Below, piece after piece: positions 1 to 10,825 of a stretch of DNA of 64,000 nucleotides; within the stretch, counting starts at the first letter, position 1, and each line of letters opens with the position of its first letter. The notes beneath the pieces were generated by a model. That model worked only from the letters and a program-made list of their open reading frames with translations, was not told where the DNA came from and ran no database searches. The translations under genes were made by a program, and so were the position numbers. This DNA is from Eledone cirrhosa. Its lineage: Eukaryota. The stretch is taken from the NCBI GenBank assembly GCA_964016885.1, contig OZ024743.1, forward strand, positions 307,582,001-307,646,000, given 5' to 3'.

Positions 1-2
1 GC

Positions 3-59
3 ATGCCTTGCTGGATGTGTAAAGTTTGTGTCTGTAAAGGTTTGAAAGATAGGAGGTGA
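3..59 (+). other. Representative per-monomer short ORF, MPCWMCKVCVCKGLKDRR* (18 aa); repeated in most monomers; coding function unproven
   Basis: ATG CCT TGC TGG ATG TGT AAA GTT TGT GTC TGT AAA GGT TTG AAA GAT AGG AGG TGA occupies 57 of the 59 bp, and AGGAGGTGA (51-59) precedes the next ATG (62). The ORF itself is certain; the confidence value is for it being translated or functional. Confidence 0.15.
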
Positions 60-73
60 GCATGCCTTGATGG

Positions 74-3000
74 ATGTGTAAAGTTTGTGTCTGTAAAGGT
101 TTGAAAGATAGGAGGTGAGCATGCCTTGCTGGATGTGTAAAGTTTGTGTCTGTAAAGGTTTGAAAGATAGGAGGTGAGCATGCCTTGATGGATGTGTAAA
201 GTTTGTGTCTGTAAAGGTTTGAAAGATAGGAGGTGAGCATGCCTTGCTGGATGTGTAAAGTTTGTGTCTGTAAAGGTTTGAAAGATATGAGGTGAGCATG
301 CCCTGCTGGATGTGTAAAATTTGTGTCTGTAAAGGTTTGAAAGATAGGTGAGCATGCCTTGCTGGATGTGTAAAGTTTGTGTCTGTAAAGGTTTGAAAGA
401 TAGGAGGTGAGCATGCCCTGCTGGATGTGTAAAGTTTGTGTCTGTAAAGGTTTGAAAGATAGGAGGTGAGCATGCCTTGCTGGATGTGTAAAGTTTGTGT
501 CTGTAAAGGTTTGAAAGATAGGTGAGCATGCCCTGCTGGATGTGTAAAGTTTGTGTCTGTAAAGGTTTGAAAGATAGGTGAGCATGCTCTGCTGGATGTG
601 TAAAGTTTGTGTCTGTGAAGGTTTGAAAGATAGGTGAGCATACCTTGCTGGATGTGTAAAGTTTGTGTCTGTAAAGGTTTGAAAGATATGAGGTGAGCAT
701 GCCCTGCTGGATGTGTAAAGTTTGTGTCTGTAAAGGTTTGAAAGATAGGTGAGCATGCCTTGCTGGATGTGTAAAGTTTGTGTCTGTAAAGGTTTGAAAG
801 ATAGGAGGTGAGCATACCCTGCTGGATGTGTAAAGTTTGTGTCTGTAAAGGTTTGAAAGATAGGAGGTGAGCATGCCATGCTGGATGTGTAAAGTTTGTG
901 TCTGTACAGGTTTGAAAGATAGGAGGTGAGCATGTCCTGCTGGATGTGTAAAGTTTGTGTCTGTAAAGGTTTGAAAGATAGGAGGTGAGCATGTCCTGCT
1001 GGATGTGTAAAGTTTGTGTCGGTAAAGGTTTGAAAGATAGGAGGTGAGCATGCCTTGCTGGATGTGTAAAGTTTGTGTCTGTCAAGGTTTGAAAGATAGG
1101 AGGTGAGCATGCCTTGATGGATGTGTAATGTTTGTGTCTGTAAAGGTTTGAAAGATAGGAGGTGAGCATGCCTTGCTGGATGTATAAAGTTTGTGTCTGT
1201 AAAGGTTTGAAAGATAGGAGGTGAGCATGCCTTGCTGGATGTGTAAAGTTTGTGTCTGTAAAGGTTTGAAAGATAGGATGTGAGCATGCCTTGCTGGATG
1301 TGTAAAGTTTGTGTCTGTAAAGGTTTGAAAGATAGGTGGTGAGCATGCCTTGCTGGATGTGTAAAGTTTGTGTCTGTAAAGATTTGAAAGGTAGGAGGTG
1401 AGCATGCCTTGCTGGATGTGTAAAGTTTGTGTCTGTAAAGGTTTGAAAGATATGAGGTGAGCATGCCCTGCTGGATGTGTAAAGTTTGTGTCTGTAAAGG
1501 TTTGAAAGATATGAGGTGAGCATGCCCTGCTGGATGTGTAAAGTTTGTGTCTGTAAAGGTTTGAAAGATAGGTGAGCATGCCTTGCTTCATGTGTAAAGT
1601 TTGTGTCTGTAAAGGTTTGAAAGATAGGAGGTGAGCATGCCCTGCTGGATGTGTAAAGTTTGTGTCTGTAAAGGTTTGAAAGATAGGAGGTGAGCATGCC
1701 TTGCTAGATGTGTAAAGTTTGTGTCTGTAAAGGTTTGAAAGATAGGAGGTGAACATGCCTTGCTGGATGTGTAAACTTTGTGTCTGTAAAGGTTTGAAAG
1801 ATAGGAGGTGAGCATGCCCTGCTGGATGTGTAAAGTTTGTGTCTGTAAAGGTTTGAAAGATAGGAGGTGAGCATGCCCTGCTGGATGTGTAAAGTTTGTG
1901 TCTGTAAATGTTTGAAAGATAGGTGAGCATGCCTTGCTTCATGTGTAAAGTTTGTGTCTGTAAAGGTTTGAAAGGTAGGAGGTGAGCATGCCCTGCTGGA
2001 TGTGTAAAGTTTGTGTCTGTAAAGGTTTGAAAGATAGGAGGTGAGCATGCCTTGCTAGATGTGTAAAGTTTGTGTCTGTAAAGGTTTGAAAGGTAGGAGG
2101 TGAGCATGCCCTGCTGGATGTGTAAAGTTTGTGTCTGTAAAGGTTTGAAAGGTAGGAGGTGAGCATGCCTTGCTGGATGTGTAAAGTTTGTGTCTGTAAA
2201 GGTTTGAAAGATAGGAGGTGAGCATGCCTTGCTGGATGTGTAAAGTTTGTGTCTGTAAAGGTTTGAAAGATAGGAGGTGAGCATGCCTTGCTGGATGTGT
2301 AAAGTTTGTGTCTGTAAAGGTTTGAAAGATAGGAGGTGAGCATGCCCTGCTGGATGTGTAAAGTTTGTGTCTGTAAAGGTTTGAAAGATAGGAGGTGAGC
2401 ATGCCCTGCTGGATGTGTAAAGTGTGTGTCTGTAAAGGTTTGAAAGATAGGAGGTGAGCATGCCTTGCTGGATGTGTAAAGTTTGTGTCTGTAAAGGTTT
2501 GAAAGATAGGTGAGCATGCCTTGCTTCATGTGTAAAGTTTGTCTGTAAAGGTTTGAAAGATAGGTGAGTATGCCCTGCTGGATGTGTAAAGTTTGTGTCT
2601 GTAAAGGTTTGAAAGATAGGTGAGCATGCCTTGATGGATGTGTAAAGTTTGTGTCTGTAAAGGTTTGAAAGATAGGTGAGCATGCCTTGATGGATGTGTA
2701 AAGTTTGTGTCTGTAAAGGTTTGAAAGATAGGAGGTCAGCATGCCTTGCTGGATGTGTAAAGTTTGTGTCTGTAAAGGTTTGAAAGATAGGTGAGCAAGC
2801 CTTGATGGATGTGTAAAGTTTGTGTCTGTAAAGGTTTGAAAGATAGGTGAGCATGCCTTGATGGATGTGTAAAGTTTGTGTCTGTAAAGGTTTGAAAGAT
2901 AGGAGGTGAGCATGCCCTGCTGGATGTGTAAAGTTTGTGTCTGTAAAGGTTTGAAAGATAGGAGGTGAGCATGCCTTGCTGGATGTGTAAAGTTTGTGTC

Positions 3001-6000
3001 TGTAAAGGTTTGAAAGATATGTGAGCAAGCCTTGATGGATGTGTAAAGTTTGTGTCTGTAAAGGTATGAAAGATAGGTGAGCATGCCCTGCTGGATGTGT
3101 AAAGTTTGTGTCTGTAAAGGTTTGAAAGATAGGTGAGCATGCCTTGCTGGATGTGTAAAGTTTGTGTCTGTAAAGGTTTGAAAGATAGGAGGTGAGCATG
3201 CCCTGCTGGATGTGTAAAGTTTGTGTCTGTAAAGGTTTGAAAGATATGAGGTGAGCATGCCCTGCTGGATGTGTAAAGTTTGTGTCTGTAAAGGTTTGAA
3301 AGATAGGTGAGCATGCCTTGCTGGATGTGTAAAGTTTGTGTCTGTAAAGGTTTGAAAGATAGGAGGTGAGCATGCCCTGCTGGATGTGTAAAGTTTGTGT
3401 CTGTAAAGGTTTGAAAGATAGGAGGTGAGCATGCCTTGCTGGATGTGTAAAGTTTGTGTTTGTAACGGTTTGAAAGATAGGTGAGCATGCTCTGCTGGAT
3501 GTGTAAAGTTTGTGTCTGTGAAGGTTTGAAAGATAGGTGAGCATGCCTTGCTGGATGTGTAAAGTTTGTGTCTGTAAAGGTTTGAAAGATAGGAGGTGAG
3601 CATGCCCTGCTGGATGTGTAAAGTTTGTGTCTGTAAAGGTTTGAAAGATAGGAGGTGAGCATGCCCTGCTGGATGTGTAAAGTTTGTGTCTGTAAAGGTT
3701 TGAAAGATAGGAGGTGAGCATGCCCTACTGGATGTGTAAAGTTTGTGTCTGTACAGGTTTGAAAGATAGGAGGTGAGCATGTCCTGCTGGATGTGTAAAG
3801 TTTGTGTCTGTAAAGGTTTGAAAGATAGGAGGTGAGCATGTCCTGCTGGATGTGTAAAGTTTGTGTTGGTAAAGGTTTGAAAGATAGGAGGTGAGCATGC
3901 CTTGCTGGATGTGTAAAGTTTGTGTCTGTCAAGGTTTGAAAGATAGGAGGTGAGCATGCCTTGATGGATGTGTAATGTTTGTGTCTGTAAAGGTTTGAAA
4001 GATAGGAGGTGAGCATGCCTTGCTGGATGTGTAAAGTTTGTGTCTGTAAAGGTTTGAAAGATAGGAGGTGAGCATGCCTTGCTGGATGTGTAAAGTTTGT
4101 GTCTGTAAAGGTTTGAAAGATAGGATGTGAGCATGCCTTGCTGGATGTGTAAAGTTTGTGTCTGTAAAGGTTTGAAAGATAGGTGGTGAGCATGCCTTCC
4201 TGGATGTGTAAAGTTTGTGTCTGTAAAGGTTTGAAAGGTAGGAGGTGAGCATGCCTTGCTTCATGTGTAAAGTTTGTGTCTGTAAAGGTTTGAAAGATAT
4301 GAGGTGAGCATGCCCTGCTGGATGTGTAAAGTTTGTGTCTGTAAAGGTTTGAAAGATATGAGGTGAGCATGCCCTGCTGGATGTGTAAAGTTTGTGTCTG
4401 TAAAGGTTTGAAAGATAGGTGAGCATGCCTTGCTTCATGTGTAAAGTTTGTGTCTGTAAAGGTTTGAAAGATAGGAGGTGAGCATGCCTTGCTGGATGTG
4501 TAAAGTTTGTGTCTGTAAAGGTTTGAAAGATAGGAGGTGAGCATGCCTTGATGGATGTGTAAAGTTTGTGTCTGTAAAGGTTTGAAAGATAGGAGGTGAG
4601 CATGCCTTGCTGGATGTGTAAAGTTTGTGTCTGTAAAGGTTTGAAAGATATGAGGTGAGCATGCCCTGCTGGATGTGTAAAATTTGTGTCTGTAAAGGTT
4701 TGAAAGATAGGTGAGCATGCCTTGCTGGATGTGTAAAGTTTGTGTCTGTAAAGGTTTGAAAGATAGGAGGTGAGCATGCCCTGCTGGATGTGTAAAGTTT
4801 GTGTCTGTAAAGGTTTGAAAGATAGGAGGTGAGCATGCCTTGCTGGATGTGTAAAGTTTGTGTCTGTAAAGGTTTGAAAGATAGGTGAGCATGCCCTGCT
4901 GGATGTGTAAAGTTTGTGTCTGTAAAGGTTTGAAAGATAGGTGAGCATGCTCTGCTGGATGTGTAAAGTTTGTGTCTGTGAAGGTTTGAAAGATAGGTGA
5001 GCATACCTTGCTGGATGTGTAAAGTTTGTGTCTGTAAAGGTTTGAAAGATATGAGGTGAGCATGCCCTGCTGGATGTGTAAAGTTTGTGTCTGTAAAGGT
5101 TTGAAAGATAGGTGAGCATGCCTTGCTGGATGTGTAAAGTTTGTGTCTGTAAAGGTTTGAAAGATAGGAGGTGAGCATACCCTGCTGGATGTGTAAAGTT
5201 TGTGTCTGTAAAGGTTTGAAAGATAGGAGGTGAGCATGCCATGCTGGATGTGTAAAGTTTGTGTCTGTACAGGTTTGAAAGATAGGAGGTGAGCATGTCC
5301 TGCTGGATGTGTAAAGTTTGTGTCTGTAAAGGTTTGAAAGATAGGAGGTGAGCATGTCCTGCTGTATGTGTAAAGTTTGTGTCGGTAAAGGTTTGAAAGA
5401 TAGGAGGTGAGCATGCCTTGCTGGATGTGTAAAGTTTGTGTCTGTCAAGGTTTGAAAGATAGGAGGTGAGCATGCCTTGATGGATGTGTAATGTTTGTGT
5501 CTGTAAAGGTTTGAAAGATAGGAGGTGAGCATGCCTTGCTGGATGTATAAAGTTTGTGTCTGTAAAGGTTTGAAAGATAGGAGGTGAGCATGCCTTGCTG
5601 GATGTGTAAAGTTTGTGTCTGTAAAGGTTTGAAAGATAGGATGTGAGCATGCCTTGCTGGATGTGTAAAGTTTGTGTCTGTAAAGGTTTGAAAGATAGGT
5701 GGTGAGCATGCCTTGCTGGATGTGTAAAGTTTGTGTCTGTAAAGATTTGAAAGGTAGGAGGTGAGCATGCCTTGCTGGATGTGTAAAGTTTGTGTCTGTA
5801 AAGGTTTGAAAGATATGAGGTGAGCATGCCCTGCTGGATGTGTAAAGTTTGTGTCTGTAAAGGTTTGAAAGATATGAGGTGAGCATGCCCTGCTGGATGT
5901 GTAAAGTTTGTGTCTGTAAAGGTTTGAAAGATAGGTGAGCATGCCTTGCTTCATGTGTAAAGTTTGTGTCTGTAAAGGTTTGAAAGATAGGAGGTGAGCA

Positions 6001-8854
6001 TGCCCTGCTGGATGTGTAAAGTTTGTGTCTGTAAAGGTTTGAAAGATAGGAGGTGAGCATGCCTTGCTAGATGTGTAAAGTTTGTGTCTGTAAAGGTTTG
6101 AAAGATAGGAGGTGAACATGCCTTGCTGGATGTGTAAACTTTGTGTCTGTAAAGGTTTGAAAGATAGGAGGTGAGCATGCCCTGCTGGATGTGTAAAGTT
6201 TGTGTCTGTAAAGGTTTGAAAGATAGGAGGTGAGCATGCCCTGCTGGATGTGTAAAGTTTGTGTCTGTAAATGTTTGAAAGATAGGTGAGCATGCCTTGC
6301 TTCATGTGTAAAGTTTGTGTCTGTAAAGGTTTGAAAGGTAGGAGGTGAGCATGCCCTGCTGGATGTGTAAAGTTTGTGTCTGTAAAGGTTTGAAAGATAG
6401 GAGGTGAGCATGCCTTGCTAGATGTGTAAAGTTTGTGTCTGTAAAGGTTTGAAAGGTAGGAGGTGAGCATGCCCTGCTGGATGTGTAAAGTTTGTGTCTG
6501 TAAAGGTTTGAAAGGTAGGAGGTGAGCATGCCTTGCTGGATGTGTAAAGTTTGTGTCTGTAAAGGTTTGAAAGATAGGAGGTGAGCATGCCTTGCTGGAT
6601 GTGTAAAGTTTGTGTCTGTAAAGGTTTGAAAGATAGGAGGTGAGCATGCCTTGCTGGATGTGTAAAGTTTGTGTCTGTAAAGGTTTGAAAGATAGGAGGT
6701 GAGCATGCCCTGCTGGATGTGTAAAGTTTGTGTCTGTAAAGGTTTGAAAGATAGGAGGTGAGCATGCCCTGCTGGATGTGTAAAGTGTGTGTCTGTAAAG
6801 GTTTGAAAGATAGGAGGTGAGCATGCCTTGCTGGATGTGTAAAGTTTGTGTCTGTAAAGGTTTGAAAGATAGGTGAGCATGCCTTGCTTCATGTGTAAAG
6901 TTTGTCTGTAAAGGTTTGAAAGATAGGTGAGTATGCCCTGCTGGATGTGTAAAGTTTGTGTCTGTAAAGGTTTGAAAGATAGGTGAGCATGCCTTGATGG
7001 ATGTGTAAAGTTTGTGTCTGTAAAGGTTTGAAAGATAGGTGAGCATGCCTTGATGGATGTGTAAAGTTTGTGTCTGTAAAGGTTTGAAAGATAGGAGGTC
7101 AGCATGCCTTGCTGGATGTGTAAAGTTTGTGTCTGTAAAGGTTTGAAAGATAGGTGAGCAAGCCTTGATGGATGTGTAAAGTTTGTGTCTGTAAAGGTTT
7201 GAAAGATAGGTGAGCATGCCTTGATGGATGTGTAAAGTTTGTGTCTGTAAAGGTTTGAAAGATAGGAGGTGAGCATGCCCTGCTGGATGTGTAAAGTTTG
7301 TGTCTGTAAAGGTTTGAAAGATAGGAGGTGAGCATGCCTTGCTGGATGTGTAAAGTTTGTGTCTGTAAAGGTTTGAAAGATATGTGAGCAAGCCTTGATG
7401 GATGTGTAAAGTTTGTGTCTGTAAAGGTATGAAAGATAGGAGGTGAGCATGCCCTGCTGGATGTGTAAAGTTTGTGTCTGTAAAGGTTTGAAAGATAGGT
7501 GAGCATGCCTTGCTGGATGTGTAAAGTTTGTGTCTGTAAAGGTTTGAAAGATAGGAGGTGAGCATGCCCTGCTGGATGTGTAAAGTTTGTGTCTGTAAAG
7601 GTTTGAAAGATATGAGGTGAGCATGCCCTGCTGGATGTGTAAAGTTTGTGTCTGTAAAGGTTTGAAAGATAGGTGAGCATGCCTTGCTGGATGTGTAAAG
7701 TTTGTGTCTGTAAAGGTTTGAAAGATAGGAGGTGAGCATGCCCTGCTGGATGTGTAAAGTTTGTGTCTGTAAAGGTTTGAAAGATAGGAGGTGAGCATGC
7801 CTTGCTGGATGTGTAAAGTTTGTGTTTGTAACGGTTTGAAAGATAGGTGAGCATGCTCTGCTGGATGTGTAAAGTTTGTGTCTGTGAAGGTTTGAAAGAT
7901 AGGTGAGCATGCCTTGCTGGATGTGTAAAGTTTGTGTCTGTAAAGGTTTGAAAGATAGGAGGTGAGCATGCCCTGCTGGATGTGTAAAGTTTGTGTCTGT
8001 AAAGGTTTGAAAGATAGGAGGTGAGCATGCCCTGCTGGATGTGTAAAGTTTGTGTCTGTAAAGGTTTGAAAGATAGGAGGTGAGCATGCCCTACTGGATG
8101 TGTAAAGTTTGTGTCTGTACAGGTTTGAAAGATAGGAGGTGAGCATGTCCTGCTGGATGTGTAAAGTTTGTGTCTGTAAAGGTTTGAAAGATAGGAGGTG
8201 AGCATGTCCTGCTGGATGTGTAAAGTTTGTGTTGGTAAAGGTTTGAAAGATAGGAGGTGAGCATGCCTTGCTGGATGTGTAAAGTTTGTGTCTGTCAAGG
8301 TTTGAAAGATAGGAGGTGAGCATGCCTTGATGGATGTGTAATGTTTGTGTCTGTAAAGGTTTGAAAGATAGGAGGTGAGCATGCCTTGCTGGATGTGTAA
8401 AGTTTGTGTCTGTAAAGGTTTGAAAGATAGGAGGTGAGCATGCCTTGCTGGATGTGTAAAGTTTGTGTCTGTAAAGGTTTGAAAGATAGGATGTGAGCAT
8501 GCCTTGCTGGATGTGTAAAGTTTGTGTCTGTAAAGGTTTGAAAGATAGGTGGTGAGCATGCCTTCCTGGATGTGTAAAGTTTGTGTCTGTAAAGGTTTGA
8601 AAGGTAGGAGGTGAGCATGCCTTGCTTCATGTGTAAAGTTTGTGTCTGTAAAGGTTTGAAAGATATGAGGTGAGCATGCCCTGCTGGATGTGTAAAGTTT
8701 GTGTCTGTAAAGGTTTGAAAGATATGAGGTGAGCATGCCCTGCTGGATGTGTAAAGTTTGTGTCTGTAAAGGTTTGAAAGATAGGTGAGCATGCCTTGCT
8801 TCATGTGTAAAGTTTGTGTCTGTAAAGGTTTGAAAGATAGGAGGTGAGCATGCC
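74..8854. repeat. Higher-order tandem duplication, 2 x ~4.36 kb (about 75 monomers each; copy A 74-4436, copy B 4437-8802)
   Basis: Rare variants and ORF-track stops recur at +4363 (AAAATTT 319/4682; 1082/5445; 1588/5951; 2736/7099) and at +4366 after a 3-bp indel near 3077 (3929/8295; 4435/8801). Flanking mismatches at 73/4436 and 4489/8855 bound the homology. Confidence 0.93.
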
Positions 8855-10781
8855 CTGCTGGATGTGTAAAGTTTGTGTCTGTAAAGGTTTGAAAGATAGG
8901 AGGTGAGCATGCCTTGCTAGATGTGTAAAGTTTGTGTCTGTAAAGGTTTGAAAGATAGGAGGTGAACATGCCTTGCTGGATGTGTAAACTTTGTGTCTGT
9001 AAAGGTTTGAAAGATAGGAGGTGAGCATGCCCTGCTGGATGTGTAAAGTTTGTGTCTGTAAATGTTTGAAAGATAGGTGAGCATGCCTTGCTTCATGTGT
9101 AAAGTTTGTGTCTGTAAAGGTTTGAAAGGTAGGAGGTGAGCATGCCCTGCTGGATGTGTAAAGTTTGTGTCTGAAAAGGTTTGAAAGATAGGAGGTGAGC
9201 ATGCCTTGCTAGATGTGTAAAGTTTGTGTCTGTAAAGGTTTGAAAGGTAGGAGGTGAGCATGCCCTGCTGGATGTGTAAAGTTTGTGTCTGTAAAGGTTT
9301 GAAAGGTAGGAGGTGAGCATGCCCTGCTGGATGTGTAAAGTTTGTGTCTGTAAAGGTTTGAAAGATAGGAGGTGAGCATGCCTTGCTGGATGTGTAAAGT
9401 TTGTGTCTGTAAAGGTTTGAAAGATAGGAGGTGAGCATGCCTTGCTGGATGTGTAAAGTTTGTGTCTGTAAAGGTTTGAAAGATAGGAGGTGAGCATGCC
9501 CTGCTGGATGTGTAAAGTTTGTGTCTGTAAAGGTTTGAAAGATAGGAGGTGAGCATGCCCTGCTGGATGTGTAAAGTGTGTGTCTGTAAAGGTTTGAAAG
9601 ATAGGAGGTGAGCATGCCTTGCTGGATGTGTAAAGTTTGTGTCTGTAAAGGTTTGAAAGATAGGAGGTGAGCATGCCCTGCTGGATGTGTAAAGTTTGTG
9701 TCTGTAAAGGTTTGAAAGATAGGTGAGCATGCCTTGCTGGATGTGTAAAGTTTGTGTCTGTAAAGGTTTGAAAGATAGGAGGTGAGCATGCCCTGCTGGA
9801 TGTGTAAAGTTTGTGTCTGTAAAGGTTTGAAAGATAGGAGGTGAGCATGCCCTACTGGATGTGTAAAGTTTGTGTCTGTACAGGTTTGAAAGATAGGAGG
9901 TGAGCATGTCCTGCTGGATGTGTAAAGTTTGTGTCTGTAAAGGTTTGAAAGATAGGAGGTGAGCATGTCCTGCTGGATGTGTAAAGTTTGTGTTGGTAAA
10001 GGTTTGAAAGATAGGAGGTGAGCATGCCTTGCTGGATGTCTAAAGTTTGTGTCTGTCAAGGTTTGAAAGATAGGAGGTGAGCATGCCTTGATGGATGTGT
10101 AATGTTTGTGTCTGTAAAGGTTTGAAAGATAGGAGGTGAGCATGCCTTGCTGGATGTGTAAAGTTTGTGTCTGTAAAGGTTTGAAAGATAGGAGGTGAGC
10201 ATGCCTTGCTGGATGTGTAAAGTTTGTGTCTGTAAAGGTTTGAAAGATAGGATGTGAGCATGCCTTGCTGGATGTGTAAAGTTTGTGTCTGTAAAGGTTT
10301 GAAAGATAGGTGGTGAGCATGCCTTGCTGGATGTGTAAAGTTTGTGTCTGTAAAGGTTTGAAAGGTAGGAGGTGAGCATGCCTTGCTGGATGTGTAAAGT
10401 TTGTGTCTGTAAAGGTTTGAAAGATATGAGGTGAGCATGCCCTGCTGGATGTGTAAAGTTTGTGTCTGTAAAGTTTGAAAGATATGAGGTGAGCATGCCC
10501 TGCTGGATGTGTAAAGTTTGTGTCTGTAAAGGTTTGAAAGATAGGTGAGCATGCCTTGCTTCATGTGTAAAGTTTGTGTCTGTAAAGGTTTGAAAGATAG
10601 GAGGTGAACATGCCTTGCTGGATGTGTAAACTTTGTGTCTGTAAAGGTTTGAAAGATAGGAGGTGAGCATGCCCTGCTGGATGTGTAAAGTTTGTGTCTG
10701 TAAAGGTTTGAAAGATAGGAGGTGAGCATGCCCTGCTGGATGTGTAAAGTTTGTGTCTGTAAATGTTTGAAAGATAGGTGA

Positions 10782-10825
10782 GCATGCCTTGCTTCATGTG
10801 TAAAGGTTTGAAAGGTAGGAGGTGA
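10782..10825. repeat. 44-bp truncated monomer (15-bp deletion between internal TGTAAAG direct repeats); second copy at 28711-28754
   Basis: The sequence reads TTCATGTGTAAAGGTTTG instead of TTCATGTGTAAAGTTTGTGTCTGTAAAGGTTTG. ORF-track stops 10794 and 10838 are 44 bp apart. Confidence 0.93.

Noticed and set aside
1-59. Assignment to a named satellite (e.g. alpha satellite, CENP-B box) or to an organism
   Set aside because: I do not recognise the consensus, and a CENP-B box needs CpGs that are absent. A Dfam/Repbase/BLAST search is required.
60-118. TGA variants at Cys codons of the short ORF as selenocysteine or UGA=Cys recoding
   Set aside because: TGA is one substitution from TGY, so this is expected by chance. 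No SECIS-like structure is evident, TAG nonsense variants also occur, and the ORF's own terminator is TGA.
1180-1190. TATAAA (TATA-box-like) variant, also near 5546 and 23475
   Set aside because: It is a single G>A change in one monomer propagated by block duplication, with no other promoter context.
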